A DNA stretch of 64,000 nucleotides from a bacterium (GTDB lineage: Bacteria > Patescibacteriota > Minisyncoccia > Phycocordibacterales > Phycocordibacteraceae). The notes beneath the pieces are model-generated. The model was not told the origin of the DNA and did no database searches. It saw only the letters and a list, made by a program, of their open reading frames with translations. This document shows, in pieces, positions 41,727 through 51,609 of this stretch. Position numbers and translations under genes: made by a program. The stretch lies in contig JAJZTG010000002.1 of assembly GCA_021849125.1 (NCBI GenBank), forward strand, positions 12,573 through 76,572, in the 5' to 3' direction. Within the stretch, counting starts at the first letter, position 1. Every line of letters begins with the position of its first letter.

Positions 41727-43889
41727 ATGAGAGCGCATCCACGCCACTCCTGGCGGCACACGATCGTCGCTTCCGCGCTTGTCCTCGTCGGAATCGGTTT
41801 CATCGCCTCCGGAAGCATCCTGATCGCGGTCATGGCCGCTCCGGTCCCCGATATCGCTTCGTTTGCGAACCGTCAGGTGGACCAATCGACGAAGATCTAT
41901 GATCGGACCGGCCAGGTTCTTCTCTATGATTACAATCGCGACGCGCGACGCGAGGTAATCCCGCTTTCTGAGATATCCCCTAATGCGATCCAGGCGACGA
42001 TTGCTACCGAGGACTCGAGTTTCTACGAGCATGGAGGGATCCGCTTCACGTCTATCCTCCGCGCGATGATCGTCGACGCGCTCGGTGGCGCGCTTGCCCA
42101 AGGCGGATCTACCATCACGCAACAGGTGGTAAAAAATACGCTCCTTACGAACGAGAAAAGTATTGTACGGAAAATCCACGAATGGGTGCTCGCGATAAAG
42201 CTTGAGCAGGTATACACGAAGGACCAGATAATCGAGACGTACCTGAATAACGTCCCCTATGGGGGCACCCTCTACGGCATCGAAGCAGCATCGGAAGCGT
42301 TTTTCGGCATACCGGCGAAAGACCTCTCTGTGAGCGAATCTGCATATCTCGCAGCAATGATCCAAGCGCCTACTTATTATTCCCCCAACGGAACGCATCG
42401 CGCCGATCTCGATGCGCGTAAAGATTTCGTGCTTGACCGGATGCGCACGCTCGGTTTCTTGAAAGATGATGAGTACGCTCGTGCGAAACAGGAGACGGTC
42501 TCTTTTGCCCCCGCAGGCCACAATTCGATCATCGCGCCCCATTTCGTCTTCTATATCCTCAATCAGATAGAATCGACCTATGGCGCACGAGCGCTCACCT
42601 CAGGACTCAAGGTTACGACCACGCTCGATGCTGATCTCCAGGTGAAGGCTGAGTCGATCGTAAACCAGTACGCGCTCGAGAACGTGAAGAATTTCAACGC
42701 TTCGAACGCTGCGTTGGTCGCTATCGATCCGGGAACCGGACAGATCCTCTCGATGGTCGGTTCACGTGATTTCTTCGACTCTTCTATCGATGGGCAATAT
42801 AACGCGGCTCTCGCTCTGCGCCAGCCAGGATCTACTATGAAACCGTTCGCGTACGCGCTCGCGCTCCTGAAGGGCTATACGCGGGATACGATAGTCTTCG
42901 ACGTCCCGACACAATTCTCCACCTCTTGTCGGCCTTCCGAGACGACGAACTCCACCTCTCCATGCTACGCGCCGGATAATTATGATGGGAAATTCCGTGG
43001 CCCTATGACTTTCGAAACCGCGCTTGCTCAATCCATCAACATTCCGGCTATCAAGGTTGTCTATCTAGCCGGTGTCGCAAACGTCATCAATCTTGCAAAA
43101 TCATTCGGACTTACCTCGCTTGGCAGCGCGGCGCAATACGGCCTTACCCTTGTGCTTGGTGGTGGAGAAGTCCGCCTTCTTGACCTTACTGGTGCTTACG
43201 CGACATTCGCTAATGACGGGATACGGAACTCTGTGACCGGCATCCTTTCTGTCGAAGATACCCGAGGGAGTGTCTTGGAACAGTATGTACCTCAACGGAT
43301 GCAGGTAGTACCTTCGAGCGTTGCTCGAGACATTTCTGGGATGCTCTCTGATGCTCAAGCACGTCTCCCTGAATACCCGCTTGATTCGCCGCTTTCTTTC
43401 CAAGGATACGATGTTGCCGTAAAAACTGGTACCACAAACGATACTCGGGATGCGTGGGTGATCGGATACACTCCTTCTGTTGCGGTAGGAGTGTGGGTTG
43501 GAAACAACAATAACACGCCTATGGTGAAATCAGTTGCAGGATTTATTGCGGCGCCGATGTGGCATGAAGCCATGGCGTACGCTCTTTCAAAGTACCCGAA
43601 GACATATTTTGGTGAGTCGGACGGTATCCCTTCTTCCGTACCGCCTATGCTTCGCGGTAATTGGTATATTCCTGATGCTCAAGGAAACATCGTTCCTCAC
43701 TCTCTTCTATACTGGACGGATAAAAATAATCCTCGTGGCGCTCCTCTTTCGAATCCTGCACAAGATCCTCAATTCTACTATTGGGAATACGGTATTTCCG
43801 CTTGGTATGCATCACATCCGAACCTGTTCACTTCAGGTATCCAGCTTCCTGTGCCGCTCTCTGCAGAAACACCGCTTGTACAGCCGTAA
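41727..43889 (+). CDS. class A penicillin-binding protein (PBP1A; transglycosylase + transpeptidase)
   Basis: N-terminal TM helix. Glycosyltransferase motifs EDSSFYEHGGI and GGSTITQQ. Transpeptidase motifs STMKP and KTGTT. Confidence 0.85.
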   Translation: MRAHPRHSWRHTIVASALVLVGIGFIASGSILIAVMAAPVPDIASFANRQVDQSTKIYDRTGQVLLYDYNRDARREVIPLSEISPNAIQATIATEDSSFYEHGGIRFTSILRAMIVDALGGALAQGGSTITQQVVKNTLLTNEKSIVRKIHEWVLAIKLEQVYTKDQIIETYLNNVPYGGTLYGIEAASEAFFGIPAKDLSVSESAYLAAMIQAPTYYSPNGTHRADLDARKDFVLDRMRTLGFLKDDEYARAKQETVSFAPAGHNSIIAPHFVFYILNQIESTYGARALTSGLKVTTTLDADLQVKAESIVNQYALENVKNFNASNAALVAIDPGTGQILSMVGSRDFFDSSIDGQYNAALALRQPGSTMKPFAYALALLKGYTRDTIVFDVPTQFSTSCRPSETTNSTSPCYAPDNYDGKFRGPMTFETALAQSINIPAIKVVYLAGVANVINLAKSFGLTSLGSAAQYGLTLVLGGGEVRLLDLTGAYATFANDGIRNSVTGILSVEDTRGSVLEQYVPQRMQVVPSSVARDISGMLSDAQARLPEYPLDSPLSFQGYDVAVKTGTTNDTRDAWVIGYTPSVAVGVWVGNNNNTPMVKSVAGFIAAPMWHEAMAYALSKYPKTYFGESDGIPSSVPPMLRGNWYIPDAQGNIVPHSLLYWTDKNNPRGAPLSNPAQDPQFYYWEYGISAWYASHPNLFTSGIQLPVPLSAETPLVQP

Positions 43890-43894
43890 CCAGA

Positions 43895-44995
43895 CTATTG
43901 GTTCATCGGGGAAACGAGATAGAGGAATGAGGTATCTCCCACGCCACGGACGATAAGCGGCCGTCCTATGCCTGCTGCGGTAAGCGAGAGGCTTTCTGCA
44001 TTCGTAAGAGAAAGAGCGGCCGAAAGATACCGGTGATTGAATGATAGTTCGAGCATATTGCCTGAAATACGCGCTGGGAGCGTCTCATTGCTTTCTCCCA
44101 CATCCGTATTACGCGCGAAAAAGGAGATATGATTCTGTTTTGAATCAAAGCTCACACGGATCTTCTGGAAAGTATCTGAGAATATCATCGTCCGTTTGAG
44201 CGCTGCTTCGAAATCCTTTTTAAGAACGATGGCTTCTACTATCGATTCTTTCGGTATTATCTGGCGATAGTCCGGATAAACGGCATTCGTGAGCCGTGAG
44301 ACGAGCATCAATGAATCGCTCATGAAAGCACATTGATGTTCATCGAAGGAGAGGGTGATGTCTGCGGTCGGGAGCGCTTGCGCTATATCGAGCGCATTTT
44401 TTGCTGGAATAAGGAATTTACCTTGCACGCCTTTATTCGAAAGCGGGATTTTCTTTTCAGCGAGTCGGAATGAGTCGGTAGCGACAGCGGTAAGTACCCC
44501 GCCTTCTATGGTAATGAAGATGCTTGCGAGTTCTGGACGGATGGTCGAAACGGACGCACATGAAGCGATGGTAGAGAAGAGGTTTGTCAGGAGTGTTCCA
44601 GGGATAGGGATGGTGTTTTGAGGATTTTCAGGGAATGGTATTGAGGGGAAATCCTCATATGGGACCGTCTTTACGGAACTCTTGCTCGTACCGCTTGTGA
44701 TATAGAGAAGGTCACCAGCGTGTTCGAGAGAAATGCTCCCTTCTTGGGTAAGCGAGCTTGCTATCTGCTGTAAGACGGTCGCTGGGATCGCCACTACCCC
44801 ATGAGTAATAACCTTTCCTTGGATGGTGAGGTCGATACCGGTTTCGAGATTAGTCGCACGCAGTTTTATACCATCATCATTCGCGACGATAAGGATCGCT
44901 GAGAGCGCAGGAAGCGTTGCGCTTCTCCGTTCCGCGAAGCGTGCAACGATATGCACTGCTTCATAGAATTCTTTTTTCTCAATTGAAATATTCAT
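43895..44995 (-). CDS. dnaN: DNA polymerase III beta sliding clamp
   Basis: MNISIEKKEFYEAVHIVARFAERRSATLPALSAILI. Confidence 0.85.
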   Translation of the reverse strand: MNISIEKKEFYEAVHIVARFAERRSATLPALSAILIVANDDGIKLRATNLETGIDLTIQGKVITHGVVAIPATVLQQIASSLTQEGSISLEHAGDLLYITSGTSKSSVKTVPYEDFPSIPFPENPQNTIPIPGTLLTNLFSTIASCASVSTIRPELASIFITIEGGVLTAVATDSFRLAEKKIPLSNKGVQGKFLIPAKNALDIAQALPTADITLSFDEHQCAFMSDSLMLVSRLTNAVYPDYRQIIPKESIVEAIVLKKDFEAALKRTMIFSDTFQKIRVSFDSKQNHISFFARNTDVGESNETLPARISGNMLELSFNHRYLSAALSLTNAESLSLTAAGIGRPLIVRGVGDTSFLYLVSPMNQ

Positions 44996-45001
44996 ACCCA
45001 T

Positions 45002-45107
45002 CCTTATTAGCCATGTTGATAATGGGGATACCCTATATATCCAGTATATAGGCCATCAAAATACGCTACACGCTTCAATGAACCTGTGGATATGATACGG
45101 GAAAACA
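45002..45107. other. putative oriC element between dnaN and dnaA (DnaA boxes + AT-rich DUE)
   Basis: TTATCAACA (reverse complement of 45015-45023), ATATCCACA (reverse complement of 45085-45093), and an AT-rich atatatccagtatata stretch. A further CTATCCACA lies at 45155-45163. Confidence 0.5.
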
Positions 45108-46457
45108 TCATACAAGCAGTGAGCGGATATCTTGGATCTCTTTTGATAACTCACTATCCACAACAACTTCACGCTTTATCTTCTCGCATGAGTGGATAAC
45201 CGTCGTATGATCACGACCGCCAAGCTTCGTACCGATAGTCGGATAAGAGATATTGAAATCCTCACGAAGGAGATACATGATGATCTGCCTCGGTCGCACG
45301 ACTTCCCTACGGCGCGTCTTCTCATAAATGCTTTCCTCATCGATCCCATAGAATTCAGCGACTTTCCCGACCACATTCTTAACGGAAATGGTCTTTTGCG
45401 GACGGGTGAATGAACGGAGTGATTGGCGTACTTCAGCGATATCCGGCGCCATACCGCGTACCTGTGCATGACAGACGAGGCTATTCACCATACCTTCAAG
45501 TTCCCGGATCGATCCAGGGAGGGTTGTCGCCACATATTCGATAACTTCATCAGAAAGGATGACGCCATGAAGCGCTGCTTTTCTTCGTACGATAGCCATA
45601 CGGGATTCAGGGTCAGGTTCGCCGATGTCGATCGCCATACCGCTTGCAAGCCTGCTCTTTAAACGATCGGCGATATCCGGAATGGATGAAGGCGGGCGGT
45701 CAGAAGAGAACAATATCTGCTTGTTCGTATCATGCAGGGCATTAAAGAGATGGAAAAGCTCCTCTTGCGTCTTTTCTTTCTTGGAGAGGAACTGGATGTC
45801 ATCCATGATAAGGAGATCATACTGCCGGTATTTATCCTTGAAGCGATTCGCGGTGCCAGCTTGAACGGAATCAGTGTAGTCGATAACGAATTTCTCAGAA
45901 GTGAGATAAAACGCCTTACGCCCAGGGAACTGTTTCTTGAACTGGTTACCGATCGCTTGGATGAGGTGGGTCTTCCCTCTCCCGGTATCTCCGTAGATAA
46001 AAAGCGGATTATAGGTGATGCCTGGTCTGGAAAGGACCGCTTGAGCAGCGCTGTAAGCGAGCGTATTGAAAGATCCGATCACGAACGTGTCGAACGTATA
46101 GCGCGGATTCAAATTATCGCTCTTATTTATATAGAATTCTTCGATCGGAAGCTCGATAGCGCCTCGCGTATTCTTTATCTCTTTTGGCGGCTTACGATGC
46201 TCGTCCTTCGCGATAGTGTATTCGATATTCCTGAATTCGTAGGAAACTTCACGGACGATCTTGAGGAGGAGCGTGTGAAATTTCTTTACGTACCAATCCT
46301 TGAAGAATTGGCTTGGTACGCCGATATACACGATGCCATCCTCTATCTTGACGATGAAGCTGTTCTTGAACCACGTATTGAAATTTGCGGGGGATATCGA
46401 CAGTTCGACCTGAGTCAATACATGTTCCCAGAGTTCCTTAGGATTCTGTGCATCCAT
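45108..46457 (-). CDS. dnaA: chromosomal replication initiator DnaA
   Basis: P-loop GDTGRGKTHL, an AAA+ domain and a C-terminal DNA-binding domain (HTTV). The start is the internal Met MDAQNPKELWE. Confidence 0.9.
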   Translation of the reverse strand: MDAQNPKELWEHVLTQVELSISPANFNTWFKNSFIVKIEDGIVYIGVPSQFFKDWYVKKFHTLLLKIVREVSYEFRNIEYTIAKDEHRKPPKEIKNTRGAIELPIEEFYINKSDNLNPRYTFDTFVIGSFNTLAYSAAQAVLSRPGITYNPLFIYGDTGRGKTHLIQAIGNQFKKQFPGRKAFYLTSEKFVIDYTDSVQAGTANRFKDKYRQYDLLIMDDIQFLSKKEKTQEELFHLFNALHDTNKQILFSSDRPPSSIPDIADRLKSRLASGMAIDIGEPDPESRMAIVRRKAALHGVILSDEVIEYVATTLPGSIRELEGMVNSLVCHAQVRGMAPDIAEVRQSLRSFTRPQKTISVKNVVGKVAEFYGIDEESIYEKTRRREVVRPRQIIMYLLREDFNISYPTIGTKLGGRDHTTVIHSCEKIKREVVVDSELSKEIQDIRSLLV

Positions 46458-46556
46458 ACGTACAGAGGAGTATACGATTATTCCAACATATGCGCACCAC
46501 TGGCGTTTCGGGGGGAACCTGTTAATATCATGTGTACAAGGTAATCCCACCCGATT

Positions 46557-46697
46557 ATGTCTACGAAACGAACGTACCAGCCGAAGAAGCGCAAGCGCGC
46601 AACGACCCATGGTTTCCTCGCTCGGACCAGCACGACCTCAGGTCGTAAGATCGTCCAGAAGCGCCGCCGTGTCGGTCGGGCAAAGCTCGCCGCCTAA
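46557..46697 (+). CDS. rpmH: 50S ribosomal protein L34 (not in ORF track)
   Basis: Translation: [46 protein letters not shown]. Confidence 0.85.
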   Translation: MSTKRTYQPKKRKRATTHGFLARTSTTSGRKIVQKRRRVGRAKLAA

Positions 46698-46703
46698 TCC
46701 TCC

Positions 46704-47024
46704 GTGTTCCCGCGCCGAGAACGACTTTCCCGTGCGCAGTTCCCAACCGCCCTTAAAGGCGGCAAAAGGCTCACCTCTGAACATTTTTCGGTCATTTTCC
46801 CTGCAGATACGCGGGGATATGCCGTCGTTATACCAAAAAAGGTCCTACGTCTCGCTTCTGCACGGCACAACCTGAAGCGCCGCATCATCGCAGCGCTCCA
46901 GGAACTTCCTCTTCCCACCGCCCTTATCATTTTTCCGAAAGCTGGAGCCTATGGTGTACACTACAGAGACATGAAAGCCGAGCTTTCCGGCCTTCTCGCG
47001 CAGACGAAACATAACCGACCCTAG
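46704..47024 (+). CDS. rnpA: ribonuclease P protein component
   Basis: It follows rpmH. Basic protein with RRERLSRAQF...VIPKKV. Confidence 0.8.
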   Translation: MFPRRERLSRAQFPTALKGGKRLTSEHFSVIFPADTRGYAVVIPKKVLRLASARHNLKRRIIAALQELPLPTALIIFPKAGAYGVHYRDMKAELSGLLAQTKHNRP

Positions 47025-47026
47025 CC

Positions 47027-47764
47027 GTGATAACAGCCTTTTTTCATACGTTTTTCTATAATCCGATCTATAACGCGCTGGTCACGTTTGTCGCCGTCGT
47101 GCCCGGTTCCGATGTCGGTATCGCGATCATTCTTCTCACGATAGGGATTCGTATCATCCTCCTCCCTTTCTCCTTATCAGCAGCCAGGACACAACGTGCT
47201 ATGAAAGATCTCCAGCCGAAGCTTAAGGAACTAAAGGAGAAGCATAAAGGCAACAGAGAGCAAGAAGCGATTGAGACACTCGCTCTCTACAAAGAGGCGA
47301 ACGTAAGGCCATTTGCGAGCATTTTGATAACCTTCATCCAGATACCTATCCTGCTCGCGCTGTACTGGGTTTTCATACAAGAATCGTTTCCAGCGATCGA
47401 TATGGCGAAGCTCTATGCGCTTACGCCAATACCCGACACGTTCTCGCTCGCATTTCTCGGTCTTATCCCCGTGGCTGAGAAGAGCTTGCTTCTGGCGCTA
47501 CTGGCTGGGGCCACGCAATTTATCTTGGCGGACATGATGATAAAGGGCACGATGAAGCCCACAGAAGATGCTAAAGCACACGATTTTCAGAAGATTATGG
47601 GTCTTCAGCTCAAATACGTATTCCCGTTCCTGATAGGCGCTATTTCATATAGCACCTCAGCGGCGATCGCGCTCTACTTCATCGCGACAAACCTTGCCGG
47701 CTCAGCGCAAGAATGGCACATGCGCCGCATACTCGAGAAAGAAGCGCTTCCTCAGAGCGCGTAG
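47027..47764 (+). CDS. yidC: membrane protein insertase YidC (short Oxa1-like form)
   Basis: Five TM helices and a conserved LLPFS...PILLALYW segment. It sits downstream of rnpA. Confidence 0.8.
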   Translation: MITAFFHTFFYNPIYNALVTFVAVVPGSDVGIAIILLTIGIRIILLPFSLSAARTQRAMKDLQPKLKELKEKHKGNREQEAIETLALYKEANVRPFASILITFIQIPILLALYWVFIQESFPAIDMAKLYALTPIPDTFSLAFLGLIPVAEKSLLLALLAGATQFILADMMIKGTMKPTEDAKAHDFQKIMGLQLKYVFPFLIGAISYSTSAAIALYFIATNLAGSAQEWHMRRILEKEALPQSA

Positions 47765-48951
47765 CTCCAAAGAGAGCCATCATTTTTGTTCGTGAAGACG
47801 AATACGGTGCGAGAAGGGTTGATTGCCGGGGATTCGATATCGAAACTATCTGCAGTTTCTGTCGAAGGATCAAGGACGAGTTGGGCATAGCGGCCCGCGG
47901 TTTCGATGCGCCAGATGCGGTCAGAAAAATGCGCAGCGCCTTGATACCAGTCATCCGGATATTGGAACGCCGCGCTCGGATTTACCGGTACGCCGCAGTA
48001 TACGGATGAGTCATCTGCAGTCCAGACGCACTTATCTGCGATGGTCGCAATCGGGAGCTGCAGAGCAATGTTTGTAGACGTGTCGACGAGCTCCATCTGG
48101 AGTGCGTTGTTCTGGGTGTAACTCACGAGTACGTATTTCCCTGAATGACTTGCAAGCGCCACAAGGCCGAAATGCGGTCCGGCAACCCGAGAGAAAACAC
48201 CCTGACCGTCAACGATAAAAGCGCTCCCGAGTATAGATCCTGAAGGACGGGAAAAGGCTAGGTACTTCCCCCTCCCCGCGTACGAGACGCGAACGGAACT
48301 GAGAGGTGTTGAAAATAGCGACGTCGAATGAGAGCCGTCTATGCGCACACGGGAGACGGTAGACCCGTTTACGCCAGATGAAAGCTCCAAGACCTCGTTC
48401 GTAGAGACGGCGATATCGGTGAGGTTCTGCGGAAGGAAGAAACCCGTGGAGCTCGTCGCAGAAAGAGCATAAGTGTTTACGGTAGAGAGGTCGTCTCCCG
48501 ATAGATACCGCACGAAAGCGACGGAACCATCCGGGAGCCAAGTGGCATTTTGGATGCTCGGGATGGTTTTGCTACTCACGCGCGTAAGCGTCTTACCCCT
48601 GAAGAGGTATGAAAAGACATTACCGCTCGCACGTTCGATGAACTCGATAGAAGTTTCAGGAGACGATGTCGCCCCTCCGGATGTCGTGTCGACCGCAATC
48701 ACCCCAGGCACCACCGGCCCGGCACTGATTTTCGTGAGACGCGTCCCTACTGCAACAGGAGCTTCAAGAGACCCTTGGTCTGGCGTGGTGGCAAAACCCC
48801 CAGTCCCGCCTTGTCCGGCGACAGGAAGGTTCACGCTTCCTGAGGGTGCAACCGACACCGCAGGACCTGACTTCGTGAGGAAGAAATAGATGATACCGCC
48901 GAGTATGAGAGCGGCGATCGCGATTCCAGAGATGATGAGAGAGCGTCGCAT
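47752..48951 (-). CDS. membrane-anchored hypothetical protein with predicted beta-propeller-like ectodomain; last gene of T4SS-like operon
   Basis: N-terminal TM helix. Repetitive beta-strand-rich sequence. Confidence 0.4.
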   Translation of the reverse strand: MRRSLIISGIAIAALILGGIIYFFLTKSGPAVSVAPSGSVNLPVAGQGGTGGFATTPDQGSLEAPVAVGTRLTKISAGPVVPGVIAVDTTSGGATSSPETSIEFIERASGNVFSYLFRGKTLTRVSSKTIPSIQNATWLPDGSVAFVRYLSGDDLSTVNTYALSATSSTGFFLPQNLTDIAVSTNEVLELSSGVNGSTVSRVRIDGSHSTSLFSTPLSSVRVSYAGRGKYLAFSRPSGSILGSAFIVDGQGVFSRVAGPHFGLVALASHSGKYVLVSYTQNNALQMELVDTSTNIALQLPIATIADKCVWTADDSSVYCGVPVNPSAAFQYPDDWYQGAAHFSDRIWRIETAGRYAQLVLDPSTETADSFDIESPAINPSRTVFVFTNKNDGSLWSYAL

Positions 48952-48954
48952 AGG

Positions 48955-49926
48955 CTATTGGACAACTTTGAATCCAGGATTACTGCTACAACCACCCGCC
49001 CCAGTGTTACTGGTGGTACAAGAAAGCGAGATGTTCCAGCAAGATGCGGAGGCTCCTGTCGTCAGTATTTGCAATACTTTCGAGCCGCATGGGGTCTTTA
49101 CGCTACTCATGCACGTAACTCCCTTATCAGACGTGCAGGCAGAGGCAAAATTGACCGTGTCACGTCCGTTATTTGGGTTAGTTTCAGTCGATGCGATGGG
49201 TTGGTAGTAAGAGTAACCAACAATGGCGTTAACCCATCCAGAAACGCCAGATGAAGAGCTTATATCGGCAAAAGCATACGGTCCGGTAGCAGGACCACGT
49301 TCTGTGCTGCATGTCGCTTTGTGCTCGGTCGTAAAGAAAGGCACGTTACCGGAGCCGGTCGTACATTTTGCCGCGAAGTCCTCAGCAGCTTTTTGAGTCG
49401 GGCAAACCGCCGTTTTAAGCAAGGTGCCAGTAACCGTGCAACCCGCAGCTTTGGCAGCGGTGGTTGCAGGATCAGTATTGGACCCGGAACCTGAAGGAGA
49501 TGTCCCAGAAGAAGGAGGCGGAGGGGCATTCAGATCGATAGGCGGAAGATCGAGGGAGAGGTTCAGGATGCTCGGATTGATGAGCGAGAAGACCAAGACC
49601 GGGGAAAGGACAAGGATAAGTCCGAATATCGCCTGCGTGATGCGCTCGCGCCCCTCGGATACTTTCGAGGCACTGCCTTGTGACGAGGAGATCTGGAGAC
49701 CTCCCCAGATGATCTCGATGATGGCAAGCATAGCGGCAAGCCCGATGAGGTACTTATACAGATTGTTAAAGAAGGAAGTCAGTGTCGCTGAGTTTACGAC
49801 GCTTGTCGCATCTCCGCTGGTTAATCCTGGGATCGGAGCAAGCGCTGTGAATCCGTTTGCGAAAGCAGTCGGAGCAAAAGCGACGAAGGAGAGCAAGGCG
49901 ATAAAGAAGATCTTTTTCATGTTCAT
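48955..49926 (-). CDS. VirB2/TrbC pilin-like protein fused to Cys-rich C-terminal domain
   Basis: A signal peptide and two hydrophobic helices (YLIGLAAMLAIIEIIWG and AIFGLILVLSPVLVFSLI), a Pro-rich linker and a C-terminal region with about 14 Cys. Confidence 0.45.
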   Translation of the reverse strand: MNMKKIFFIALLSFVAFAPTAFANGFTALAPIPGLTSGDATSVVNSATLTSFFNNLYKYLIGLAAMLAIIEIIWGGLQISSSQGSASKVSEGRERITQAIFGLILVLSPVLVFSLINPSILNLSLDLPPIDLNAPPPPSSGTSPSGSGSNTDPATTAAKAAGCTVTGTLLKTAVCPTQKAAEDFAAKCTTGSGNVPFFTTEHKATCSTERGPATGPYAFADISSSSGVSGWVNAIVGYSYYQPIASTETNPNNGRDTVNFASACTSDKGVTCMSSVKTPCGSKVLQILTTGASASCWNISLSCTTSNTGAGGCSSNPGFKVVQ

Positions 49927-50927
49927 AAGCCGAAGAAGTTAGTGCTCGGCTTGCTGCCGAAGGACAAAGAGAGCACAGATGTAGCCCCCTCAGAACCGCT
50001 CGCTGAAGCAGTGAGGGATAAAGAAGCAGTCCCTTCCCCGTCCCCTGAAGGCCGCAGGGTGATGAGACTTCCTGTCTGTGCCGGTGATCCGTTCAAGAAC
50101 CAGCGAAGAATAGGGGCCGAGGTTCCTTTAGGAAAAGAGAAAGGTGCTGCATAGAGCGTTGATTCTGAACCGCGTATCGCGTATGACCCTGAGAGAGCGC
50201 GATCGAAACGTACGCCAAGCAGAGGGTCGCTTTCATAGATACGCACCTTCGGAGATGCGGCGTATAGAGACATCGACGCGCCGCCGACCAAGGTCCCGTC
50301 GGCGGTTTTTACCGAAACAGAAACGGTGCGCTCGCGGTATTGCAGCGGCGTGGCAACGACGATGGTCGTTTTCCCGAGTCCAGACGCGCTTGCCAATCGG
50401 GCTCCATCCACGCTCCACGCATACGAGAGGCCAGAGGGATCGATCGCGCGACCGCGCGAGTCTTTGAAAGCAGCGATGGCGACGACACGGATGCTGCCTC
50501 CCATGGGAGGCAGTGCCTTGCCAGCATACAAGGGCGGAGTGGTGGCGATGGGCTCCGCGATGAGAGAGACATCCTCAGGTTGAAGAGTTAGGGATTTCGA
50601 ATACACGGATCCGTTATTCAAAACGATCACGGTTACTTCGACAGGAACACCCGGACCCTTGAGGGTGATGGGTACGGGCCGCACATTTCCTTCGTATACC
50701 TGGGTTCCGTTTACACGAACCCGCAAGGTTGCGCTTGAGAGGTTCGAGGCAGTGGGAAGCGCAGAAATGACCGCCTGACCGTAAGGAAGCGGGTAATCCG
50801 GGGAGACCGTGACAGAGAACAGGTCTCCTCCCGTCGAACCGATTGATGATAGGTCGAACGATTGAGCAAAGGAGTGCGCAGGAAGTGCTAGTACGAGGAA
50901 AGCAGCGATTAAGAGAGATGCACGCAT
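49923..50927 (-). CDS. secreted hypothetical protein (T4SS-like operon)
   Basis: Signal peptide MRASLLIAAFLVLALPAHSFA. Beta-rich. Confidence 0.4.
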   Translation of the reverse strand: MRASLLIAAFLVLALPAHSFAQSFDLSSIGSTGGDLFSVTVSPDYPLPYGQAVISALPTASNLSSATLRVRVNGTQVYEGNVRPVPITLKGPGVPVEVTVIVLNNGSVYSKSLTLQPEDVSLIAEPIATTPPLYAGKALPPMGGSIRVVAIAAFKDSRGRAIDPSGLSYAWSVDGARLASASGLGKTTIVVATPLQYRERTVSVSVKTADGTLVGGASMSLYAASPKVRIYESDPLLGVRFDRALSGSYAIRGSESTLYAAPFSFPKGTSAPILRWFLNGSPAQTGSLITLRPSGDGEGTASLSLTASASGSEGATSVLSLSFGSKPSTNFFGL

Positions 50928-51006
50928 ACGTACAGTATATAGTGTGCCCAAAGGATTTATGTCTCCTTGTGGGCAGCTCTGGGGAATGTCCACAAGGAGG
51001 CGTAAA

Positions 51007-51609
51007 TCACGCTGCTTCTCTCAGAGCCTCGTATTCTTCAGCATTTGCTGCTTGTTGGGCCTGAAAAGCGCGCAATTGCGCGTTTTGTGACTCGCGTAGC
51101 GTTCGTTGTTTCGAGGATACACGTTTTTCATAGGCGCGTTTCGTCGCCTTGTCCTTCTTTATCTGCGCGCTATAGAGTTTTGCCATGGTTCCCGTTAACG
51201 CAGGAAGCGTGCCAACGAGCGGCACTTCGCTCACAAAGAGGCCCCCCATGAGCCAGAGCACATTCGTGGAATTTTCTTTGATAAGGCGTCGGTTCGTAAA
51301 GATGATCAAAAGACAGATGGTCATCCAGCCGATAAGACCTGCCGCCATCGCTAGCACCACTCCGAAGAGCTCGAACGCGCCTGAACCATAAAAACCAGCG
51401 AGCCCGCCGACCACGACGGCACCCACTTTGCCGACGATGCCGCCTCCCAAGGCAGCCTCGGTTGCCAAACCGAGCAGCACGGGCCCGAAAAACCAGAATT
51501 GTTCGAACATGAAACGAATCGCATCGAACACGAGAGCGAGCGCAAGCATCGGGAGCGCCTTCCCCCAGGTCATCGTCTTGGGAGGAGAATCATGCAGGGT
51601 TCGCAGCAT
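51007..51609 (-). CDS. Gly-rich polytopic membrane protein with C-terminal coiled coil (T4SS-like operon; possible VirB6-like)
   Basis: About four TM helices and a KKDKATKRAYEKRV...coiled-coil tail. Confidence 0.4.
   Translation of the reverse strand: MLRTLHDSPPKTMTWGKALPMLALALVFDAIRFMFEQFWFFGPVLLGLATEAALGGGIVGKVGAVVVGGLAGFYGSGAFELFGVVLAMAAGLIGWMTICLLIIFTNRRLIKENSTNVLWLMGGLFVSEVPLVGTLPALTGTMAKLYSAQIKKDKATKRAYEKRVSSKQRTLRESQNAQLRAFQAQQAANAEEYEALREAA

Noticed and set aside
51573-51609. Alternative start for the 51007..51609 membrane protein at Met13 (MTWGKALPML)
   Set aside because: Either start overlaps the virB4 3' end by ~20 nt, and I cannot discriminate without RBS evidence. I kept the longest form.
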